Positions 44,648 through 53,774 of a stretch of DNA of 64,000 nucleotides are shown piece after piece. The translations under genes and the position numbers were made by a program. A model generated the notes under the pieces. It searched no databases. It was given only the letters and a program-made list of their open reading frames with translations, and had not been told where the DNA came from. How positions within the stretch are numbered: position 1 is the stretch's first letter; each line of letters starts with the position of its first letter. Source of the DNA: Candidatus Omnitrophota bacterium (GTDB lineage: Bacteria; Omnitrophota; Gorgyraeia; Zapsychrales; Fredricksoniimonadaceae). The stretch is taken from positions 197,428-261,427 of the forward strand of contig JBGAJA010000003.1 of assembly GCA_044225175.1 (NCBI GenBank). Direction: 5' to 3'.

Positions 44648-47467
44648 ATGCTTAAGCGTTGCATATCTTTCTTTATTCTTTTGTGTTTCACCTATACTTC
44701 GGTAATTCCACCTGCCTATGCCCAGGAAATGATTCATTTACCTATACCTGGTCAGATGTTAGATCCTAGTCCAGTTTTTAATTTTCCTATAATTAAAGGT
44801 TTAACTATTCATCCTGAGAATCCTTTGCAGTTCGATTTTTTGATTGATCCTGGCCAGGGCAATCTTTCCCAGAAAGATAAACAAATTGAATATCAGAAGA
44901 TTATTAAGTATTTTTTGGCTTCTTTGACTGTTCCTGAGAAGGACTTATGGGTCAATCTTTCTCCTTATGAAAAGAACCGCATGATTCCTGATAGTTTTGG
45001 CAAGACAGAGATGGGAAGAGATCTTCTGGCTCAAGACTATATTCTCAAGCAAATTACAGCATCGCTCATGTATCCAGAGAAGGAGCTAGGGAAAAGCTTT
45101 TGGAATAAGGTCTATCAAGAAGCTCAGAATCGTTTTGGCAATACCGATATTCCCGTGAACACCTTCAATAAAGTTTGGATAGTCCCGGACAAGGCATCGG
45201 TGTATGAGAAGGAGAATACGGTATTTCTGGTAGAAGGGCATTTGAAGGTGATGTTGGAGGAGGATTATCTGGCCATCCAAAAACACCACCAGGGAAAGGG
45301 AACCAATTCTATCGGCAGCCAAATCATCCGTGAAATCATTCTCCCTGCCATTGAAGAAGAAGTCAACCAAGGCAAAAATTTTGCCAACCTCCGCCAAATC
45401 ACCAATTCATTGATCCTTGCGACGTGGTATAAGACCGCCCTTAAACAAAGCCTTCTGAATAAGATTTATGCGGATAAAAGTAAAGTAGAAGGTGTTAACC
45501 TAGATGATCCTAAGGACAATCAAAAGATTTACCAACGATACCTCCAAGCCTTCAAAAAAGGCGTTTATAACTACATCAAAGAAGAATCAGACCCAGTGAC
45601 CAAAGAATTCATCCCTAGAAAATATTTTTCTGGAGGGTTTTCACCAGACTTAGATGGAGTCATGTTAGGTCAACGCATTAAGCAACTAGATCTAATCAAA
45701 GATGCAGCCTTAATAGCAAAAGTTACGAAGAGTACTTTTGTATTAGATCAAACCCAAGTTTTATTAAAAGATGTGCCAAATCATCCTTATGGGAATGAAA
45801 GTTTTATTAGTAGAGAGTTGGATAAATTATTTCAAACTTATATTGATTTTCATTCTTGGTTGTCAAAGAAGAGGCAACAGAGAGTGCTTTTAGTTGGTGT
45901 TGGAAGAGGGCTAGCAGCTATGCAATTAGCACTGAGATATCCCAATTTAGAAATTATTGCGGTCAATAAAGAAAGCGACTTATGGTCTGATAAAATTATT
46001 GGAGATTATCTAGTCAGTACAGGTGTGCGCAAGAAAGATGTTACAGCCGCACGAAAAAGGATAACCTTAAACATAGTTGATTTAGATTCTGAATCAGGAA
46101 AGCAACAAATTTTTAAAGAAAGATATGATGCGATTATTTTCGAGCCATTCGTTCTAATATATTTTAGAGATAAAGTAAAAGCAATTGAAGCTGCCTACAA
46201 TGCATTAAATCCTAATGGATTTTTAGGGTTTGAAAAAAATAGAATTCTGGCATCAAATAAGAATAAGGAAGAAGAAGTTCTTAACGTTTTGTTAAGCAGT
46301 CTTGCTGCACCAAGGCCAATAATAGATACTGTAAATAGTGTTCAATTAATTAAGAAAAGTTCAAAAAAAATAAATATTCCTCTTAAGTTAAAACGTTCAG
46401 AATTAGCTGCAATACCTAATTATTCTAGTGTTAAGCCAATAAATTCTTTTTATTCATTAGACCAAGCGCAAGTTACATTGCAGGAGCCAACGTATTCGTC
46501 TGATTCAGCAATGGCATCTAAACAAAAAGATACGCAAATAAATAAGCGCGATCAGAAATACCATTATGAATGGTCCATTGACCATTTAGGCAAAGGCAGC
46601 GTGGAGATCAATTATTCCCCTATGCAGAATAAAACATGGGTGGAATATACTGCACCAGGTGAACTTAAGAAAAAAGCTGAATTATCGGGGAAGCATGTAG
46701 TTCCTATGAAAAACAAATTTTATTCGGGCATGGATGGAGACATAAAGATATTTCCTTATATTGTCTCTAAAGGTTTTTCGGAATTGTTAAAAAAAGCAGG
46801 CATCCCATTAAAGTTTCTAGTTCCAGATACAATTCCTAACCGAGTAAGAGTTTTTATATTTGCTTTAACTCAAGCAGGTATAAGTATTGGAAATTCGGAT
46901 CAATTAAAAGACAGCCCACAATTTGCTCAAGGTGGCAAGCAAGATGAGGCTATGGTCGCGATAAGTCCGATTAATTGGAAGATAGTAGAAGGACAAGGCT
47001 ATCCTTTTGAGATTTCTAAGGATAAAGATACAAAAATTGCACCTATTGTTCGTCATTATTATGTGACTTTCAATGGGAAACGTGTGACATTCGCAGATAG
47101 GAAACAGTCTAGCTCAAGTGTTCTTTATATTTATGCCGATCGAAAGATCGTTCATATGGAATCATTTAATCCATTATTTCCTAGAACCAAAGAAATGCGC
47201 CAAAAAGTAAGTCAAGATCTTGGAGGTATTGACCTTAACCCAAGGAATTTTAACCTCCAAATCAAACGCGACGGTAAGGGTGTGCCTTTGCCGGTCGAGT
47301 TTCAGGATGTTGAGCATATCAATGTACGTGGATTTATTCCTGTGATTATCAAAATTACGCCTGTTTCGAATCTGAGATTGTTGTTAGGAATGGCAGAGAA
47401 CAAAGAGCTCCCGAAAATCCCATCCAATTCAGAAGCACATTTCCCACAATACGCGCTTAAGGAATAA
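44648..47467 (+). CDS. Large secreted modular protein L4 with a class I SAM-methyltransferase-like module
   Basis: Signal peptide AYA-QE; more divergent N-domain; RVLLVGVGRG...YDAII...AYNALNPNG; C-domain GGIDLNPRNFNLQIKRDGKGVPLP. Confidence 0.9.
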   Translation: MLKRCISFFILLCFTYTSVIPPAYAQEMIHLPIPGQMLDPSPVFNFPIIKGLTIHPENPLQFDFLIDPGQGNLSQKDKQIEYQKIIKYFLASLTVPEKDLWVNLSPYEKNRMIPDSFGKTEMGRDLLAQDYILKQITASLMYPEKELGKSFWNKVYQEAQNRFGNTDIPVNTFNKVWIVPDKASVYEKENTVFLVEGHLKVMLEEDYLAIQKHHQGKGTNSIGSQIIREIILPAIEEEVNQGKNFANLRQITNSLILATWYKTALKQSLLNKIYADKSKVEGVNLDDPKDNQKIYQRYLQAFKKGVYNYIKEESDPVTKEFIPRKYFSGGFSPDLDGVMLGQRIKQLDLIKDAALIAKVTKSTFVLDQTQVLLKDVPNHPYGNESFISRELDKLFQTYIDFHSWLSKKRQQRVLLVGVGRGLAAMQLALRYPNLEIIAVNKESDLWSDKIIGDYLVSTGVRKKDVTAARKRITLNIVDLDSESGKQQIFKERYDAIIFEPFVLIYFRDKVKAIEAAYNALNPNGFLGFEKNRILASNKNKEEEVLNVLLSSLAAPRPIIDTVNSVQLIKKSSKKINIPLKLKRSELAAIPNYSSVKPINSFYSLDQAQVTLQEPTYSSDSAMASKQKDTQINKRDQKYHYEWSIDHLGKGSVEINYSPMQNKTWVEYTAPGELKKKAELSGKHVVPMKNKFYSGMDGDIKIFPYIVSKGFSELLKKAGIPLKFLVPDTIPNRVRVFIFALTQAGISIGNSDQLKDSPQFAQGGKQDEAMVAISPINWKIVEGQGYPFEISKDKDTKIAPIVRHYYVTFNGKRVTFADRKQSSSSVLYIYADRKIVHMESFNPLFPRTKEMRQKVSQDLGGIDLNPRNFNLQIKRDGKGVPLPVEFQDVEHINVRGFIPVIIKITPVSNLRLLLGMAENKELPKIPSNSEAHFPQYALKE

Positions 47468-47540
47468 TTATTTTTTGATCTCGTTTTTATTTTGTTCCTT
47501 ATATAATGCTTACAATTGAATTCTATGAAAGGAAAGAGTT

Positions 47541-47951
47541 ATGGTTAAAATGAATGTGGTTTATGAAGGTGATTTGCGCTGTAAGTTGACCCATGAACAA
47601 AGCGGGTCTGTGATCACGACGGATGCGCCTAAGGATAATATGGGCAAAGGGGAGGCGTTTTCTCCCACCGATTTAGTTGCCGCGGCCTTATCGTCTTGTA
47701 TGTTAACTGTCATGGGAATTGCAGCTAAGCGGCACAATATTGATTTTAAAGAAGCCAGAGCAGATGTGACTAAAGAAATGGTAGCCATCCCTGTACGTCG
47801 CATTGGTACCATTACTGTGAATGTTCATATGCCTAAAGGTTTAACGAACGAACAGCGCACAATTCTTGAACAGGCAGCTCACACATGTCCAGTCCATAAA
47901 AGCCTAAGTCCAGACGTCCAAACTCCAATCAAATTTCATTATGCGGATTAA
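47541..47951 (+). CDS. OsmC/YhfA family protein
   Basis: TDAPKDNMGKGEAFSPTDL...SC and CPVHKSL motifs. Confidence 0.9.
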   Translation: MVKMNVVYEGDLRCKLTHEQSGSVITTDAPKDNMGKGEAFSPTDLVAAALSSCMLTVMGIAAKRHNIDFKEARADVTKEMVAIPVRRIGTITVNVHMPKGLTNEQRTILEQAAHTCPVHKSLSPDVQTPIKFHYAD

Positions 47952-47955
47952 ATTT

Positions 47956-49314
47956 ATGAAAAAAATGGTCCTGATTGCGGTCTTTTTGTGTAGTTGTTCA
48001 TGTGTTTTTGCAGCTAATCAGGAGAGTTATTCGGCTCCCAGCCAATTGCCTAATGTCAAAAGCCAAATGCTGACGGCAGGCTTCTGGATTTCTAAGCATC
48101 CATCCGTGGATCAAATTGTCATGAATGAAGAGCAAATCAGAGCGTTTAATGACAATATCCGTAATAATTTAAAACTTACCAAGGATATTTTTTCTTTAGT
48201 TGAGAATTTTAAGACAGAGTCTTTAATGGATGTGTTTAAGAAGAATTTAGAAGACTATGCAGAAGGCGGTTACTACACCATAGATGGCACTCGCAATGAT
48301 GCGGCTTTTATGGAGAAGGTTAAAACCAGTATGCATTTAAGCGGTCTTGTTTTGGGTGTTGCTCCTCGATATGGGATCATCATTCATAGGGCGGATCAAA
48401 GGTTCCTGCCAACTGCGCAAGGTCTTTTTGCTCAACGGGGAGATGTAGATTTTGATGAGCTTCAAAATAGCGCTTTGGATATTGGAACGCCTGTTGCAGT
48501 TATCCATAAAAGCCAGGATGGAAAATGGTCTTATGTGCTTTCTGAATTAAGTGATGGTTGGGTTAAAACACAGAATATTGCTTTTGGCGATTCAAAGGTG
48601 ATCAAGAATTTCTTGGGCCAAGAGAAATTCGTCGTGATAACGAGTCCTAAAGCAGATATATTCTTAAATGATGCTATGACGGAATTTTATGATGAAACAC
48701 GTATGGGGGTCACTCTGCCTCTTCTTGAAGAAAGCGAAAAACATTGGATTGTGGAGTTACCTCTCAAAGATAAACAAGGCCAACTACAAATGGGAATTGC
48801 CTTTATTCCAAAGAGCATGGCTCACCGAGGCTATCTGCCTTATACGGCCCGCAGCATTTATAACCAAGCTTTTCTCATGCTGGATAAACCTTATGGATGG
48901 GGAGACATGAATGGCCAGCAGGATTGTTCAAGGTTCTTGCAAATGATTTATGCCACAGCAGGTATTCATCTTCCTCGGGATTCCAAGGACCAAGCCCAGG
49001 TAGGTGAGCCACTATCTTCTTTTGATGGAAAGACTCAAGATAAGGCTAAATTAGAATTCTTCAAAAATATTCCAGGAGCCACAAGTGTTTTGACACTTAA
49101 AGGGCATATTCTTTTGTATTTGGGAATGATTGAGGGAACTCCCTATGCCATTCATGAAACATCAGGATATTCTCAAACCAAGGATGACAGACAGATTAAA
49201 TATGTGTTAAATCGTGTGATTGTTTCAGATTTGTCTTTGGGAGAAGGATCAACCAAAGGTTCTTTACTTAGACGTTTATTAAAAATTGTAGGAATTCAAT
49301 CCAGTGCGCATTAA
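47956..49314 (+). CDS. SH3-domain NlpC/P60 cell-wall peptidase
   Basis: PYGWG...DCS, LPRDS and GHILLYLG motifs; export signal. Confidence 0.88.
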   Translation: MKKMVLIAVFLCSCSCVFAANQESYSAPSQLPNVKSQMLTAGFWISKHPSVDQIVMNEEQIRAFNDNIRNNLKLTKDIFSLVENFKTESLMDVFKKNLEDYAEGGYYTIDGTRNDAAFMEKVKTSMHLSGLVLGVAPRYGIIIHRADQRFLPTAQGLFAQRGDVDFDELQNSALDIGTPVAVIHKSQDGKWSYVLSELSDGWVKTQNIAFGDSKVIKNFLGQEKFVVITSPKADIFLNDAMTEFYDETRMGVTLPLLEESEKHWIVELPLKDKQGQLQMGIAFIPKSMAHRGYLPYTARSIYNQAFLMLDKPYGWGDMNGQQDCSRFLQMIYATAGIHLPRDSKDQAQVGEPLSSFDGKTQDKAKLEFFKNIPGATSVLTLKGHILLYLGMIEGTPYAIHETSGYSQTKDDRQIKYVLNRVIVSDLSLGEGSTKGSLLRRLLKIVGIQSSAH

Positions 49315-50368
49315 ACACATCGAAGTCAAATCTCTGCGGGCGCCTTTAATTCAACCCTTTCGTGTGGCAACGGGGCAGCACAATTCTTTGGATAATTTAT
49401 TAATTATTCTTAAATTTGACGACGGAACCATAGGTTACGGAGAAGCTGCCATTGCCTCTCACATCACAGGAGAAACGATTGAAGAAACACGTGCTAATTT
49501 GCAAACTGCAGCTCAATGCCTCGTTGGGTTCTTAGCCTCAGATTATTTGCGTATATCCAAATGGCTGCATGATTCTTTCCCTCTTAATAAGAGTGCTGTC
49601 TGTGCGATTGAAATGGCTTTGTTTGATGCTTTAACTAAATCTATGAAAATTCCATTGTGGAAGATGTTTGGGGCTCAACCTAAGATGCTAAAGACGGATA
49701 TTACAATTGTGATTTCATCGCTACAAGAGACCCAGGATACGACTAAGACGTTTTATAAGAAAGGTTTTAGGTCTTTTAAAATCAAAATCGGCAAAGACAT
49801 GGATTTAGATTTTAAACGTGTACAAGCCGTCTCTAAGATTGCCCGAAACTCCAGTATCATTCTGGATGCTAATCAGGGATACACTTCCAAACAAACGCTC
49901 CAATTTTTAAACATGGTCCAAAAGGCAAAGATTAAGGTGGATTTGATTGAACAACCTACAGCTAAAGCTGATTTTGAGGGGTTAAAGCAAGTCACCCGTT
50001 TATCGAAGGTGCTTGTCTGTGCTGATGAGAGTGCATCCTCAATTGCTGATGTGATAAAACTGATCCAAGAAAAGGCTGTGGGGGCAATTAATATTAAACT
50101 GATGAAGACTGGCATTGTTCACTCTTTTGAAATTGCCCGTATAGCCAAAGCCTCAGGACTCAAACTGATGATTGGCGGCATGATGGAAAGCAATCTAGCC
50201 ATGAGCGCCTCAGCCCATTTGGCGACAGGCTTAGGCTTTTTTGATTTTATTGATTTAGATACACCGTTTTTTATCAAGAAGGAAGTTGCTCGGAATCCTT
50301 TTTTAAGTGATAAGGGAGTCTACAATTTGTCCCAAGCCAAAGCTGGTATTGGCATTAATCCCAAATGA
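49304..50368 (+). CDS. L-Ala-D/L-Glu dipeptide epimerase (enolase superfamily)
   Basis: FKIKIG, LDANQG, IEQP, ADES, NIKLMK and DLD motifs. Confidence 0.9.
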   Translation: MRIKHIEVKSLRAPLIQPFRVATGQHNSLDNLLIILKFDDGTIGYGEAAIASHITGETIEETRANLQTAAQCLVGFLASDYLRISKWLHDSFPLNKSAVCAIEMALFDALTKSMKIPLWKMFGAQPKMLKTDITIVISSLQETQDTTKTFYKKGFRSFKIKIGKDMDLDFKRVQAVSKIARNSSIILDANQGYTSKQTLQFLNMVQKAKIKVDLIEQPTAKADFEGLKQVTRLSKVLVCADESASSIADVIKLIQEKAVGAINIKLMKTGIVHSFEIARIAKASGLKLMIGGMMESNLAMSASAHLATGLGFFDFIDLDTPFFIKKEVARNPFLSDKGVYNLSQAKAGIGINPK

Positions 50369-51522
50369 TTCAAAACCCGCTCGCCATTGTTGCAATATTA
50401 TTATTAATCGAAACCCTCATTCTTTATTTAGCTAATCACGCCCGTTATTCCAAGTTCTTTAGTGTACTTCCGTCGGTATTTTGGATTTATTTTGTGCCCA
50501 TGATTGTTTCTAGTTGTGGGTTAATTGACTCTAAATCAGCAATTTATGGAACAATCACGACCTATGTTCTTCCGATCGCCCTCTTTTTGCTTTTAATGAC
50601 CGTGGATTTAAAGGCTATTTTCCGCTTAGGTCCCAAAGCATTAATAATGTTCTTTATTGGTTCGATTGGAATCATGATCGGCATGACAGTTGTGTTTGCT
50701 TTGTTTAAGAGCGCTGTCGGTTCCCAGTTTGCTCCTGGTTTTGCAGCCTTGTCTGCTTCATGGACAGGAGGGAGCGCTAATATGATTGCTGTCAAAGAAG
50801 CGCTCAATGTTCCAGAGAATGTCTTTTTGCCTATGGTGATTGTCGATACCATTGTTCCTTATGTTTGGATGGCTTTGATGATTGCTTGTGTGGGATTTTC
50901 ACCTCTTATTGATCGACTCAACAATTGCGATCGATCGGTTTTGGATGATTTAAATCAAAGGATCGAAAATGTTTCTACGGTCATTATTGAGAAGCTTACA
51001 TTAACAAGAGTAGCAGGTTTGGTGGTTTTGGGGGCGATCGGGGGATTTCTATCCATTTGGCTTAGCCGCTTGCTGCCTGAAATCCCAGGTGTCATTTCTA
51101 CCTATGCGTGGGGTATTATGATTGTCACTATCCTAGGGGTGGCCTGTTCTTTCACTCCCGCTCAGAAATTGCAGCAATATGGTTCCAATAAAGTAGGCTA
51201 TTTTCTGCTTTATTTTGTCCTCACTTCCATTGGAGCACGAGCCAGCATTAGCCATATCGACTCTTCTTTAATTTTAATAGCAGCTGGATTTCTAGTTATC
51301 CTTATTCATGGGGCAATTTTGTTAGCAGCAGCCAGGATTTTAAGAGTCCCCATATTTCTAGCTGTGGTCGCTTCCCAAGCCAATGTGGGAGGGGTCGCCT
51401 CTGCCCCTATAGTGGCTGAAATCTACCAAAAGGGATTTGCTAGTGTAGGGCTTCTTTTAGCCATCTTAGGTAACATTGAAGGCACTCTAATAGGAATAAT
51501 TATGGGACAAATTCTTCATTGA
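50365..51522 (+). CDS. DUF819 family membrane protein
   Basis: SWTGGSANM and ASQANVGGVASAP motifs; multiple TMs. Confidence 0.85.
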   Translation: MIQNPLAIVAILLLIETLILYLANHARYSKFFSVLPSVFWIYFVPMIVSSCGLIDSKSAIYGTITTYVLPIALFLLLMTVDLKAIFRLGPKALIMFFIGSIGIMIGMTVVFALFKSAVGSQFAPGFAALSASWTGGSANMIAVKEALNVPENVFLPMVIVDTIVPYVWMALMIACVGFSPLIDRLNNCDRSVLDDLNQRIENVSTVIIEKLTLTRVAGLVVLGAIGGFLSIWLSRLLPEIPGVISTYAWGIMIVTILGVACSFTPAQKLQQYGSNKVGYFLLYFVLTSIGARASISHIDSSLILIAAGFLVILIHGAILLAAARILRVPIFLAVVASQANVGGVASAPIVAEIYQKGFASVGLLLAILGNIEGTLIGIIMGQILH

Positions 51523-51647
51523 ACCCGCGATTTTCTAGCACACAATAGTATTGATATTCAATAATCAAACCTATATAATGTGGCTTCATTTGAGTTAGAA
51601 CACTCGTACTCAATAACGATAGAAGGATCAAGAAGGAGAATAACATT

Positions 51648-51968
51648 ATGGGAGCCTTACACTTAGATCAAAATAACTTTAAAAGCGAAGTTTTAAACAG
51701 CACTGTACCTGTGTTGGTAGATTTTTGGGCTGAATGGTGTGGGCCTTGCAAAATGTTAAGCCCTATTATAGATCAAGTTGCCACTGAGTTAAATGGCAAG
51801 CTCAAAGTAGCCAAAGTCAATGTTGATGAAGCCCCTGACCTGGCAGGTGAATACAGTGTCATGTCAATTCCCACCCTAATTGTTTTTAAGAACGGAAAGC
51901 CTGTTGATCAGTTTGTAGGCGCTATGCCTAAAGATAAATTATTAGCCAAAATTAACCCCCATTTATAG
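51648..51968 (+). CDS. trxA: Thioredoxin
   Basis: WCGPC and SIPTL motifs. Confidence 0.97.
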   Translation: MGALHLDQNNFKSEVLNSTVPVLVDFWAEWCGPCKMLSPIIDQVATELNGKLKVAKVNVDEAPDLAGEYSVMSIPTLIVFKNGKPVDQFVGAMPKDKLLAKINPHL

Positions 51969-51969
51969 C

Positions 51970-51996
51970 GTAGGGGCGGGTTTTAAACCCGCCCGT
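51970..51996. repeat. GTAG-type REP palindrome, intergenic
   Basis: GTAG-GGGCGGGTTT-T-AAACCCGCCC. Confidence 0.75.
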
Positions 51997-52009
51997 TTAA
52001 GGAAATGAT

Positions 52010-52363
52010 ATGTTTATCGAAGTTTTAAAATCAAAAATTGGCCAAGCCACATTAACTGGTGCAGAGCTTCATTATGAAGGAAGTATCACCATTGATAGCA
52101 ATGTTTTAAAAGCTGTAGGATTGATTCCAGGTGAAAAGGTTCATGTTCTTAATGAAAATAACGGGAATCGTCTGGAAACATACATCATTGCAGGTCGTCC
52201 AGGCTCTGGAGAAATTTGTCTTAATGGACCTGCTGCCCGCCATGGATACGTGGGAGATAAGCTTGTCATTTTAAATTATGCCATTTGTACTCCCAAAGAG
52301 GCTAAGAGTTTAAAGCCTAAGATTGTTTATCTCGATTCCAATAATAAAATTAAAAAAATTTAA
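52010..52363 (+). CDS. panD: Aspartate 1-decarboxylase
   Basis: LKSKI, YEG|SITID, NGNRLETY and CLNGPAAR motifs. Confidence 0.93.
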   Translation: MFIEVLKSKIGQATLTGAELHYEGSITIDSNVLKAVGLIPGEKVHVLNENNGNRLETYIIAGRPGSGEICLNGPAARHGYVGDKLVILNYAICTPKEAKSLKPKIVYLDSNNKIKKI

Positions 52364-52368
52364 CTGTC

Positions 52369-52878
52369 ATGATATTGAAAGTCCGTTTATATGGGGATTC
52401 TTGTCTTAGGGAAAAGTCCAAACCGGTCAAAGCGGTTGGTCCTGCGGAACGTATGCTCATTGCATCTATGTTTGAGACGATGCGGGCGCAAAAGGGAATA
52501 GGTCTTGCTGCCCCTCAAGTAGGGATTAACGAACAGATTTTTGTGGTGGATACGGGGAAAGACTCCTTTGCCATTATTAACCCTAAGATCATTAAAGCAG
52601 CTGGCGCACAGGATTCAGAAGAGGGGTGTTTAAGTATCCCTAATCTTCATGTCAATGTTCAAAGGGCCAAAGAACTTGAGGTTGAATTTATAGATGAAGA
52701 CAATGAACCTGTAAGGGCCAAGATTTCAGGGCTTTTGGCCAAAGTTTTTCAACATGAGAACGATCACTTGCAGGGTAAGTTAATCATCGATTATCTTTCT
52801 CCAACTGACCGAAAAAAGGTCCTTAAAGATATTAAAGATGGCATTTATGTGGGTGTAGAAGAGAAAGAAAAAGAATGA
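52369..52878 (+). CDS. def: Peptide deformylase
   Basis: GIGLAAPQ, EGCLS and QHENDH motifs. Confidence 0.96.
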   Translation: MILKVRLYGDSCLREKSKPVKAVGPAERMLIASMFETMRAQKGIGLAAPQVGINEQIFVVDTGKDSFAIINPKIIKAAGAQDSEEGCLSIPNLHVNVQRAKELEVEFIDEDNEPVRAKISGLLAKVFQHENDHLQGKLIIDYLSPTDRKKVLKDIKDGIYVGVEEKEKE

Positions 52879-53774
52879 AAACCGTGGTTCCACAGAAATA
52901 TGAAAATGGTTTAGTCAAACTTCCTGATTGGTTTAAACAGCCTTTGCCGGAAATGGAACAAATCAATTCCATGAAGGACATGTTCCGGTCTTCGGGGCTC
53001 CATACCGTTTGTGAAAGTGCTAATTGTCCTAATATGGGCACATGCTGGAAGGCAGGTGTTGCTACTTTTATGATTTTAGGCGGTACCTGTACGCGTGCTT
53101 GCCGTTTTTGCTCAGTTCCTGCTGGACGCCCAGACCTTCTGGATCCTCACGAACCCATGCAAGTGGCCCAAGCGGTTCAAAATTTAAAATTACGTTACGT
53201 TGTTATCACATCCGTTGCTCGCGATGATTTAAAAGACCAAGGCGCTACTCATTTTTCAGATACCCTCAAAGCCATTCGTAGTCTTAACCCTCACATTAAA
53301 ATTGAAGTTTTGATCCCAGATTTCTCTGCTAAAGAAGAATCTTTAAAGATACTCAGCGAAGCTAAGCCTGAGGTGATTGGACATAATATTGAAACTGTTC
53401 GCCGTTTGAGTGAATTTGTCCGATCGAAAGCCTTGCATGATCGTTCCTTGCATGTTCTTAAACGTTTCCGTGAGCTGAATCCTACATCTTTTGTAAAGTC
53501 TTCTTTTATGGTGGGCTTAGGAGAAACTGAGGAAGAAGTCAAAGGAACTATGGGAGAGCTTTTAGAGAATGGTTGTCAAATTTTAACAATTGGTCAGTAT
53601 TTAGCTCCAACCCGCATGAAAAGACATGTGCCTGTGGATCGTTTTGTAACTCCAGATGAGTTTGAAAACTTTCGTAAGATTGGCATGCAAATGGGCTTTA
53701 AATACGTAGAAAGTGGACCCTTGGTGCGCAGTTCCTTTATTGCAGAAAAAGGCTATCGAGAGGCATTAGGCTAA
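52875..53774 (+). CDS. lipA: Lipoyl synthase
   Basis: CESANCPNMGTC, CTRACRFC and VRSS motifs. Confidence 0.96.
   Translation: MKTVVPQKYENGLVKLPDWFKQPLPEMEQINSMKDMFRSSGLHTVCESANCPNMGTCWKAGVATFMILGGTCTRACRFCSVPAGRPDLLDPHEPMQVAQAVQNLKLRYVVITSVARDDLKDQGATHFSDTLKAIRSLNPHIKIEVLIPDFSAKEESLKILSEAKPEVIGHNIETVRRLSEFVRSKALHDRSLHVLKRFRELNPTSFVKSSFMVGLGETEEEVKGTMGELLENGCQILTIGQYLAPTRMKRHVPVDRFVTPDEFENFRKIGMQMGFKYVESGPLVRSSFIAEKGYREALG

Noticed and set aside
36406-47467. Classical toxin-immunity reading of the S/L array (Rhs, CDI, MafB)
   Set aside because: No RHS/YD, haemagglutinin, VENN or LXG motifs. Cargo is internal, S genes lie upstream behind their own terminators, and S proteins resemble each other even when the adjacent cargos are unrelated. 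An immunity role is not excluded but is unsupported.
36240-47467. Integron, prophage or diversity-generating retroelement as the source of the array
   Set aside because: No integrase, reverse transcriptase, attC-like sites or adenine-specific TR/VR pair. The S1 duplicate differs by indels and changes at non-A bases.
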